A stretch of 64,000 nucleotides of DNA from Octopus sinensis. Its lineage: Eukaryota. Shown piece after piece: positions 1 through 12,000 of this stretch. The position numbers were made by a program, and so were the translations under genes. How positions within the stretch are numbered: the first letter of the stretch is position 1; each line of letters starts with the position of its first letter. The stretch covers positions 24,800,001 through 24,864,000 of the forward strand of contig NC_043003.1 in NCBI RefSeq assembly GCF_006345805.1. Direction: 5' to 3'. The notes beneath the pieces were generated by a model, which saw nothing but the letters and a program-made list of their open reading frames with translations, was not told the origin of the DNA and searched no databases.

Positions 1-1
1 A

Positions 2-3
2 CA

Positions 4-72
<69 letters not shown>
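2..72. repeat. (CT)n/(CA)n microsatellite
   Basis: Visible directly in the sequence. Confidence 0.95.
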
Positions 73-73
<1 letters not shown>

Positions 74-99
74 TGCACTCACAAACACTTATCCTCAGA

Positions 100-889
100 C
101 TAGCAGCATAGCCCGGCGTTGCCCGGGTATGTAAGAGCCCCTAGTAGGCAACGACTAATCCCAATCTAGTCCTTTCCCTCTAGGGAACGAAGGCGCATGT
201 GTAGGTTGCAATGTTCTCTCTTCACTCGAATACTTCTGTGTATACGAATGTTCCTAGCTGTCCCTTTGGGCAATAAAAAGGTCGAGTTGTGTCCCCTAGA
301 CAGTTTGTGTTTAATACACAAATCGGTTTGGTATGTGTGCCACATATGATTTAATTAACCGATTTTTTCCAGTAATAAAGTATCCTATTGGAATAAAAAG
401 GGTCATATAGCTCCTTGGAGCAGACATGATGCTCACTGTGAATTTAAAAAAAAATTCCTGCCAATTTGTGAAAGATATTGTCAAAAAGATGTCATCTTGA
501 ATTTGAACGCGATTTCCCAAAATGGCATGATTTTATCGATTTTTTCTGATGGTAAGGTATTGCATGGAAAACTAACATCAGAATTAAGTTTCTTAGGGTA
601 ACATTAAGCTTCACCATGAGTTTGGTGAAAATCGATTGCAAGTTGCGAAAACTACAACAGAAAATGTGTTGCATATAAAAAGTTTAGATTCTCGACCCCA
701 TGTCGAATTTATCGATTATTTTCAGAACTGGGGGAACTTTTCAAACTTTTCGCTGCATTAGTTTTGAATTATGACACTGGGCTATGTGTGTGTCAAGTTT
801 CATCAGAATTGGTTGAAAGCCGTGGTCAGGGTGAGGGTACAACCTGACAGACACACAGACAGACAAACTGCCGTTTATATATAGAGAGA
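100..889 (-). mobile_element. Non-autonomous Helitron
   Basis: On the minus strand: 5' TC terminus (a|tctctctatatat), 3' CTAG|t terminus, GC hairpin at 112-127 just inside the 3' end, and an A^T insertion site. Confidence 0.75.
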
Positions 890-1149
890 TTACCTTTCTT
901 CACCCTCTGAAGAAGAAGCATTCAGACATGATGGAAACATTACTAGATTATTATTTCATTATATATTTTACTCTGAAATATTTGTGCTAGAGAAGTTATA
1001 TTCCTATACAGAAGATTTCAATTTTCCTGTTAGGTTCAGATGCAGTATTATTGAGTTGCTAGTTCTCTATAGACATTTGTTGCCAGTTAATTCTTTCAGG
1101 ATTCTGAAATTTTCAATTATTCTTAACAAAAGTCTCCTACAGTCTACAA

Positions 1150-3403
1150 ATGGTTGGAACTGAAGTACCATGTATCAAATTTTTAGGAAAGTAAGATTTA
1201 CTAAGAATATATAGTCTAATTATCTATAGTTATTTAAATCAATATTTTTTAGCCCTTTAGCATTTAAACTGGCCAGATCTGGCTCAAGTATTCTACCGAT
1301 TTTATGCTCAACCTGGTCAGATCTGGTTTCACACCTATCCTACAGTGTCATTTGAAAAATGAGCAATCACATCATCAAAATTTTGAAGCTACACGATGTG
1401 AATAAATAAGCATTACATTTCAGAGAATAATCTGAGTTAAAATTTCCTTCTTCATTTAGTTTTATTTATTTATTTATGCGCCCTTTTCAAGCCTAGCCAG
1501 GCTCATGGGCCCGGTTTCCTGGTTTCTGTGGCGTATGTGTTCCCCCCAGCTGGACGGGACGCCAGTCCATCGCAGCGTTACCTAAAAAACAGGAAGAAAG
1601 AGTAAGAGAAAGTTGGAGGCAAAAGAGTACAACAGGGGTCGTCACCACCCCTTCCCGGAGCCTTGTGGAGCTTTAGGTGTTTTTGCTCAATAAACACACA
1701 CAACGCCTGGTCTGGGAATCAAAATCGTGATCCTCCGACCACGAGTCCGCTGCCCTAACCACTGGGCCATTGCGCCTCCACTCTTCATTGAGTACTGATT
1801 CCCTAACTCTTTCTTCGCCACTTTTTTTAATAATGAGTTGATACTGGCTCCATCGTTCAAATTAAGAAAACAAGGGGCTTCAGTTTGTTTGATTTTGGTA
1901 TCAGTCCACCTGAAATTTCCTTTGGTTCTATAGGTCAAACTTACCTGTTTTAGAATGATCTAAATATAAGCTTTCCATCAAAGTTTCGTGTTAATTTATG
2001 TTCGAAACAACAGCTGAATAATATTACAATTATTTTACTAAATTCTTCATTATTCTTAACATTAATTGCAAGAGCTCTTGTCAAACCATCCAATCCATGC
2101 CAGCATGGAAAACAGACATTGAATGATGATTACATATATATATATTTGGTTATATAGGATTCATGAAGAATCAAGGCATTTCAATTTATAGTATGCCACC
2201 AATTGGCTAGATAGAATCACACAGAGCAGACACTGAAGTGATCCATTATCAGTTTTAAAGCAACAATGAAGATCAGTCACTGTTGTATAATTCGCAAATC
2301 CATTTGTTTACCAGCAAATCAGCACAAAAGAATGAGGCACTCAACACATTTGGTAAAAGTTATTGTTATTAGTTAATAACAGTCTGATCCAGAACTGAAT
2401 TAAACTGTTATTAAATTTTATATATATATATCCTTTAAAATCCGCTTTCTATGCTAGCATGGGTTGGACGATTTGACTGAGGACTGGCAAACCAGATGGC
2501 TGCACCAGGCTCCAATCTGCCAGATCACAATTGAAACCTGGTGCAGCCATCTGGTTCGCCGGTCCTCAGTCAAATCGTCCAACTCATGCTAGCATGGTAA
2601 GCAGATGTTAAACAATGATGATGATGATATGTATATATATATATATATATTTATATAGTAAAATAAGGATTCATATAGAACGGGGTACTTGAAAAGATAT
2701 GCACCAAGTAGGGTTGGATCAACCTGTGGTTCCAGCCTATGGTTGGTAAGTATCAAATAGGATATTCCGGTTGTGTACTCAGAGAAATCCAACTCTGAGT
2801 ATTTAGCACCTAGGGATGGTCCAAATCATGCATTATGTTGAATTGTATGTTGCTGGTATACTCCAGGGTATCTAACAAGTTTCATAGTTAGCCTCAACAG
2901 ACTTCAGCCATGTCCCTGCTGTATTCTTGGGATATTCTTTTGTTTGTAAAATTATGTTTCATCTGATGATTACGGATTTTTGTAATGAAGTAATGTTCTT
3001 ATTCTTCTATTAAAAAATATGTAAGAAACAGCTGTAATGAGCTAACATTTATCCACTGTCTGTTATTATTTATTTGATTCGCCATGATAGATCGCTACCC
3101 ACTACGCATTCTTTATTTTCTCTCCTTGTTTCTTTCTGTGTTCCTTTCTTTAGAGGAGCATAGACTCGAAACATTAAAGACTTTTTCACTTCTGTTTGTT
3201 GTCTACACCACCTATCTTCGCCTTTTGTTTTTTTTTTGTGAATTCTCCCCTTCGTCATCATCGTTTAACGTCCGTTCTCCATGCTGGCATGGGTTGGACA
3301 GTTTGACCGGGGATCTGGGAAGCCAGAAGGCTGCACCAGGCTCCAGTCTGATCTGGCAGTGTTTCTACAGCTGGATGCCCTTCCTAACGCCAACTAAATA
3401 TAC

Positions 3404-3471
<68 letters not shown>

Positions 3472-6040
3472 GTAAATAATTATTAATTTTAAAATTAACA
3501 AATATTACCAAGTAGTTTTGGTATGGAAAGAGAACCATTATCGGTAGGAACTTTTACAAAAAGTTTTTTTATATATAAATATAATTAGGGTTAAGCAACT
3601 TGATTTATATTTACATATATATATATATATATAGTCAAGTATGAATTAGAAGCAGTGCTGGTGTTGTAAAAATTATCAAACATGCATACTCAATGTATGT
3701 GCTTTGCTTGTTTACCAGAAGGCTACAATTTGATGCAGTGTAGATGACTCTACACTGCATTGGTGTTAAAATACCTGAAAGTCATATATATATATATATA
3801 TATAAAAACATCCAAAACTCTGAGTTTTATCATGGCTACCGAATAATTGTCACATATTACATTTACAGATAAATTCCTCTATTTACATAATCTCGAGGTC
3901 TCTTTTATTCTTTTGTTGTCTTACCATTTCTATCATATATATATATAAACTAAGATGAACATATAAGTACATTTCTATTTAAGTGAAACAACAAAATGTC
4001 AGCTTAAATAAATATGAATGAATATTACACATTGTATTAATCCATTAGCAGTTAAACCAGTCATCGTCCAGCCCAAATATTCTACCTGTTTTACATTTAA
4101 ACTGGCCAAATCTGGTCTCATACCTATCCTACAATGTCATTCTGAAAATAAATAGTCACATCTTTGAAATTATTAAGCTACAAGATAATACATGATTAAT
4201 TCAAATCAATTGAAATCAAATTCGATGACTGGCATCCGTGCTAGTGGAGCGCTAAGAGCACCATCTGAGCATGATCGTTGCCAGAGCAGCTAACTGGCGT
4301 CTGTGCCAGTGGCACATAAAAAGCAGCATTTGAGTGTGATCATTACCAGCATCGTCGATTTACTGGCACTTGTGCCAGTGTACAGGTGGCACGTAAAAAA
4401 ACACCATCTGGTTCTCGTGCCAGTGGCATGTAAAAGCACCCACTAAACTCTCGGAGTGGTTGGCGTTAGGAAGGGCATCCAGCTGTAGAAACTCTGCCAT
4501 ATCAAGATTGGAGCCTGGTGCAGCCATCTGGTTCGCCAGTCCTCATAGAAAGCAGACGTTAAACGATGATGATGATATGAATAAGTAAGCATTTCATTTG
4601 ATAATCTGAAAGCTAAAGGATTAAGTACTGTTTGAATTTTTTTTATTACCAAAAGGAATGTGTGGGTGTGAAGTACAACATTTAAAGTTCTTTCTGAAAA
4701 GAAGACAAGTATTATGAGACTGAAATAATCCTTAGGGCATTTTGGCAGGGTAATCCAGACTTGATTAGTTGGTACTCATAAATATTGGGTTTGCTGCTGC
4801 TGTTGTTGTTGTTGTTGTTATTGTTGATCTCATTGTTGAATAGTAGTCACTTCATCTAAGGCAGATGTTGTTGGTGGTGGTGGTTGTTGTTGTTATTTAC
4901 GTCTATGATTAAAAGCGTTCCAGCCATGACTATCTCCTCTTTGTCCCATATGCAGTTTGTCTTGAACTAAATCATCCAGTGTTTTACATTGTTTCATTTT
5001 GTGTTTTTGTTTTTTTTTTCAAGACTGTAGTATGTGATTTCAGGAAAATATAGTTTGTTATTTCTAGCATGTCAGGTATTATCATCATAGAGCAAGCATG
5101 GGTAACCTTTTTCAAGGAGTAGGCCACATGAAGCATGCCTCATCATCAGGTGGGCCATTCTGAAAGTCTCATGGGCCACAGGTTATCCATGACTGTCTTA
5201 GAGACCTTTTGCTGAGGCACATCAATCTGACTGGCCTATTATTCCAGCATAACACATCATCTGTGTAGGATCTGCAAAAGGTTCCTAAGGGTTCTACAAG
5301 AAAGAGTAAGATATGCTAATTTCATGATCATAATATGTTGTACATAATACATGTACAACAGATTGGTTCTTGTAATATTGTAATATAGACATCATCCCAT
5401 CTAACCAATTATGTTATCAAAAAAATATAACAGCCATTGGGGATATATTTAGTGATATCTGTAATTTATGAACACCCAATATATATATATAGATGATATT
5501 TACCACAAGAACTATGATGAGAAAGATATGGGATATAATTTTTTTTTTTTGTGCATGGGCTCCTTGAGACATGTAATTTATTTTAAGGGTTATGCAAGGG
5601 TAAAAAGGTTGAGAAACATGTGTGCATGCAGAGAGTCATCAAGTATGAATGCCCAGGTAGAACTCAGTATAGTAAGAGACTGACTCTGCCCAAATTTAAG
5701 ACGTTTGTAATCTCTACAATGGCTCTGGATACTCTTTCTTCCGACAGTCAATGCTCAACAGATATTTGTGTGTGTGTGTGTGTGTGTTGAAACAAATATG
5801 GTGAAGTCACTTAGAATAAAAAGACTCAAAATATTACGACAGACTCAATATATTTTAGTAAGGTAATGAATGCAACAACAAAGGCTCATCTGCTATACAT
5901 TTGTGAGAATGAGGGAGAGAGGGTAGAAGAAACAAAAACAAGACAAGTTCAGAATAAAAAAAATTAGTTTGCTATTCTGAAAAATGGAAGCTGTTCCAGA
6001 TATTGTACTTTGGAGTTTTGGTGTAAACTGACAAAAGAAG

Positions 6041-6081
<41 letters not shown>

Positions 6082-9000
6082 ATTAGTGGCTCATTATCAT
6101 GAGTTCAAATCAAAGTCCTGATGTCTAATAAACAAATACCGTAAATCCTCGAGTATAATCCGCATTTTTTTCTCAAAATTTAAAGGTCAAAATCCCTAGT
6201 GTGTACTATATATGAGGTTAAAAATGAAAATTATTTTCTAAGCAATGTCCGAGTCTCTATTTACTGTCTGGCAAATATTTCTTTATTTTCCGCAAGCAAA
6301 ATGCACAAAAGAGCTACACGTTTGTATTCTGTTATATATACAATAATAATAAAAGACATTACCGTATACATTTTTACAAACCAAGGACGTTATATAGACC
6401 TCCTTGAGTCAAGTTAGAGAAGGTGTGTGTATTATACACAAGTTTAGGTTTTTCAGAGGTACAGCCCCCTAAAAATCCCCTGCATATTATACTCAAGGGT
6501 GGAGTATACTCAAGGATTTACGGTGATAATAATAATAATCTGTATTAAGATTTTTTTTAAATATTAAAAGCAGGTAAATTTGAAATCTAGCTGGTGTTGT
6601 CATTCCTTCAAGAGAGAAAAATGAAATAAAAAGTTAACAAACATGAGTACACAGATGACAGAGCAAAGAGGTGAAATGTGACTCAATAAACTGCTATGTG
6701 ATACCTCTTTGAAAATGTCCATCTTGTACTTAGTCCCCTTTGATACCAACCTGCCCAAGACTCTTCCTGGTTCTATGATACAAACTGTGTTTTAAAGTGA
6801 TCTAAATTAAAGCAAATAAAACTTCCATCAAAATTTTATATTTTAAGTTTTTGTTCTAAATATTAGCTTAATTGACAATGTTATTTTACTAAATTCCTTT
6901 TTCTTTCTTTCTTTCTTTTTTTTTTTTTTTTCAAAATTAATTGAAACAAAGACAAAAATATGGTAACAAAAGGGTTATCAAGAACGAAACAATATAAAAT
7001 ATTGATTTTTAAAAAATTATTTTCCTCATACAAATCGAAGAATTCTTTGCCATTTGGTATCTTGAAATAGCTGCCAATCTCTAGATAATGTCATCATCAT
7101 TGTTATTATTGTTATTATTATTATTATTACTATTACTTGCAGTATTGAGATTACCAGAGACTAAGTCTTTGGATCAGTTCTTGTCACATTCCAGGTAATA
7201 ATCGTCTGTCAAATTGCATCCTGCCCTTCTTCTAACTGCATTTTGGCCTCAAAGGTTACTGAATAGTTCTTTTGTTTTGTTTTGTTTTGTTTTTTCTTTT
7301 TGACAATCTGCTGTAATATGAAGAAGTTAATGCAAGAGGAAGGTGCCAACTGTCTCAACAAACCATTGTATAAATACTGTATGTGTATATGTATGTACAT
7401 GTATGTCTGTATGTGTGTGTGTATATATATATATGCACACATACATGTGTATATATATAGTTAATGTTTATAAGTATACTGGCATGCAAAAATTGACCTT
7501 TTTTTTTATTTCAGTGGATTCCTATGTTTTTCAATGGAGATTCTGAATATGCCAAAAACCATGTTAACTTTTTTTTTAATCTACGTGGAAAAATATTTTT
7601 CCACGTACATTGAAAAAAATAGTTAAAATTTTTTAATTTGGGGTGGGGACAGGGTATTTTAAAATTTTGCAAACATGGTTTTTGGCATATTCAGAATCTC
7701 TGTCATCAAAAACATAGGAATCCACTGAAAACAATTTTTAAAAAAAAAGGTCAATTTTTGCATGCCAGTGTACTTGTAAACATTAACCATATATATATGT
7801 ATATATATGTTAATCTGGAATATTTCAATGAAATTGTACTTTGTAAAAGATATTACTTTTACAACATATTTTTCCATATAGTATTTTTTTTTCTGTAGAT
7901 CCTTCAATTCTTTAGTAAACAGGTGTATTGTTATAAAAACCATTATTGTTTTGTGTTATATCTGAAAAGAAAAAAAACTATATGTTTCAATGTGTTTATT
8001 TCAGTGTTTCCTGCACATTAGACTTGACAAGTTTACAAATTGGCAAGTAAAACTGTTGTAGATATCACTTTTTATAAGTGAAATCTCTTAAGAAATATTC
8101 TGCCCATTCAAAGAAGCGTTTCAGTTATTTCTGGTAAAATAATGAAGAACATAGGGGACCTATTGTGGAGGTGCATAGCGTAAGTGGTTAGGGTGTTTGG
8201 ACTCGTGATCATAAGATTGTGGTTTCAATTCCTGAACTGGGCAATGTGTTATGCTCTTGAGCAAAACACTTCATTTCATGTTGCTCCAGTCCACTCAGCT
8301 GGTAAAAATGAGTAATCCTACAATGGATCATTGTCCCATCCAAGGAGGAATATATACACCAGAGAAACCAGGAAACTGGCTTTGTGCTCCTTACGGAATA
8401 ATATGGACTAACCATAGGGGACTTAGTAATAAAATAAATAACTTATTTCTATTTTTGTGGAAGAGATATTCAAGTTATTTTAATAACACAAATCTGTTAA
8501 ATTTGCTTTATACCTTTGGCATTTAAACCAGCCAGATCCAGCCTCTCACACCGACCCTACAATGTCATTCTAAAAATAAAATAATCGCATCATTGAAATC
8601 TTGAAGCTACAAGATGATGCATGATTAATTCAAGATGAGCATTGCTGTTGACATAGTAATCTGAATGCCAAAGGGTTGAATTTAATTTTTATTTTATAAG
8701 GTGTTAGCAAAAACATCCAGTTGTAGAATCTATTCCAAAGCAGACACTGGAGCTCATTGAAGTCCTCTGGCTCATTGGATCCTGTTGAATCATTCAACTC
8801 TTGTTAACATGGAAGAGAAACGTTAAATGATGGGGATAATGTGGTTGTAGAATTTTCATTGCCCAACTAAAACCTGACACAGTTATACAGTGAAGCTGTG
8901 TCAGTGATCTGATTACTGGTGTATGTAAAAAATTTGGACATCTCTTGAAATAACTTAAATTGAAAGTTCAAACGCCAACCACTCCGAGAGTGGTTGGTGT

Positions 9001-12000
9001 TAGGAAGGGCATCAAGCTGTAGAAACTCTGCCAAATCAAGATTGGAGCCTGGTGCAACCATCTGGTTCGCCAGCCCTCAGTCAAAATCATCCAAACCATG
9101 CTAGCATGGAAAGTGGATGTTAAACGATGATGATGATGAGTGTTATTAAATGACTAAAATGGCTTCTCTGATGTAGTTGCTTCATTTTCAGTATATGGTC
9201 TAAGATCAAGTACTATTATACCTTTTGATACCAACTTACATGAGACAACTATTTCTATGCATTTGTTTTAACTGTTTTGATATCAACCCATCTAACAGTG
9301 CTCCTAGTTCTATGTTACAAACCTGTTTTAACCCTTTAGCATTTAATTCCGCCATATCCGGCCCAATTATTCAATCTATTTTATGTTAAAAGTGACCAGA
9401 TCCAACTTCTCACACCTACCCTACAATGTTGTTCTAAAAATATACAAACACACCATTGAAATCTTGAAGCTACGATATAATGCAGGATTAATTCAAAACA
9501 ATATGAATAAATAAGCATTACATTTGACAGAAAACAATTGCAGCATGGAAGGTGTTTATAAGCCATTTAAAAAACACACAAAAACCATTCGATTCACTTC
9601 AACATTTAAATTTAATATGTCAAAATATTTTCCTCACTTTGAGACCGTGACCTGTTCACTGACAAAACTTTGTGCTGCATGGAATTTTGTCAGTGAATAG
9701 GTTGCAGTCTCAAAGCGATGAAAATATTTTGGCAAATTAAATTTAAATGTTGAAGTGAATCGAACGTTTTTTTGTGTTTCTTAAATGGCTTATAAACACC
9801 TTCCACACTGCAATTGTTTTCGTTCCAGCACACAATCTCAGATCAGGTCACTTGCTATGCAAGTACATCTCCGTAATACATTTGACAGAGTAATCTGAAA
9901 AATAAAAGAGTTAAAGTTATCTAAATTAAAATCTTGCAAATGCAGAAAGCTGGCAGAATCATTAGCACACAGGATAAAATGTTTAGCAGCAGTTCAAATT
10001 CCACCACAATAAATTTTGCCTTTTATCATTTTGGGGGTCAATAAAATAAGTACTGGGGTTCATGTAAACAACTAGCCCTTTCCCTTCCCTTCAAATTTCA
10101 GGCCTTGGGCCTGTAGTAGAAAGAAATTAAAACTTTTCATCAAAATTTTATGTCAGTTAATTAACCTTACACCAGGTTAATAACGACAAAGGTATTTTAC
10201 AAAAATTGCTCATTATTTTCAAAATTAATTGAAGCAAAGGTGGTGTATTTCATTAAAATATATTTTTTTACTCTTTTACTTATTTCAGTCATTTTGACTG
10301 TGGCCATGCTGGACTCCGTCTTTAGTTGAGCAAATCAACCCCAGGACTTATTCTTTGTAAGCCTAGTACTTATTCTATCGGTCTCTTTTGCCGAACCGCT
10401 AAGTTACAGGGACGTAAACACATCAGCATCAGTTGTCAAGCAATGTTGGGGGGACAAACACACACACACAAACATATACATACACATACATATATTTCAG
10501 TCCCACTGCGTGGCACTTTGGGTAGGTGTCTTCTGCTATAGCCCCGAGCCAACCGGAGCTTTGTGATTGAATTCGGTAGGTGGAAGTTACTGCCGTGTGT
10601 GTATGTGTGCGTATAGCTGCTCAGTGCCTCTCCGAAAGAGAGAGAGAGGGATATCTATATATATATGGATTCTTTCGGTTTTCATCTACCACTCACAAGG
10701 CCCGAGGCTATTGTAGAAGACACCTGCCCAAGGTGGCATGCTGTGGGACTGAACCTGGAACCATGTGGTTCATAAGCAAGCTACTTACCACACAGCCACT
10801 CCTATGCCTATGGCAACAAAAGGTTTAAAGTGATCAAAATTAAAATTTTCCATCAAAATTTCATGTCAAAATTCCAAACACCAGCTTTGCATGAATAAAG
10901 TATTTTACAAAATTCTTTGAAGCAAAGGCAGTATATTTAAATATAAATGTGGTAACAAAAGGATTAAGCTGGAATTTGGAATATAGCTAAGCAAAAATAT
11001 CCTTATATGAAATTATGATGGAAAGATTTAAAATTTAGACATGAACACTTGAAAATTGACAGTTTTATACCAGGTGAGTTGGTACGAGTATTGTTGAAGA
11101 TGAAATCAATATATTGCACTCAACAGTATTCTGAATGCTAAATTGTTAAGGCAGTAGAGGGGTGTGATTTAAGAGAGCTTTGGTTGCTATTGAGCAACTC
11201 AACTAAATTGAGATTCTCCCCATGACTTGAACTCATATCAATATTGACCTCACAAGTGGCCAGTACTGTACAACAAAACATAAGCTTTCAGCAAATCTAG
11301 AAATTTGAGTTCAATTTCTGATGATTGTTCCTTTATGCTGTTGTTTATACATGAGGGAGTGAGGGAAGAAAGCCATTGTGAAATTTTATGTGATCTGTTC
11401 TCTTCCCTTGTGAATTTATATCTTTGTATCTAAAAACACCAATCTTGAGCTTACAACAGAATACCGTAAATCCTCGAGTATTATCCGCATTTTTTTCCCA
11501 AAATTTAAAGGTCAAAATCCCTAGTGCGTACTGTATATGAGGTTAAAAATGAAAATTATTTTCTAAGCAATGTACGAGTCTCTGTTTGCTGTCTGGCAAA
11601 TATTTCTTTATTTTCTGCAAGCAAAATGCACAAAAAAGCTACACGATTGCATTATGTTATGCATACAATAATAACAAAGGATGCTACCATATACAGTTTT
11701 ATAAACCAAGGACGTTATATAGACCTCCTTGAGTCAAGTTAGAGAAGGTGTGCGTATTATATACAAGGTTTAGGTTTTTCAGAGGTACAGCCCCCTAAAA
11801 ATCCCGTGTATTATACTCAAGGGCGGACTATACTCGAGGATTTACAGTATTTTGTTTGATAGTTGTCTCCTCACACACACACACACACAAACATACATAC
11901 ATTTTAACCCCTTTGAAACTGTCTGAGACCACCCTGGGTTTAAAGACACAAATTTCCTGTTTTAAAGTTAACAAAATTAAAACTTTCCCTCAAAATTTCA

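Noticed and set aside
1150-2352. PAXX or Zwilch identity for the unknown gene
   Set aside because: Only 3-5 residue resemblances (FNLY; L.KDY) and the neighbouring exons do not continue the match.
5620-5800. 58-codon open frame [14 protein letters not shown]... as an exon of the unknown gene
   Set aside because: It has no convincing donor (runs into a (GT)n tract) and its phase does not fit the neighbouring exons.
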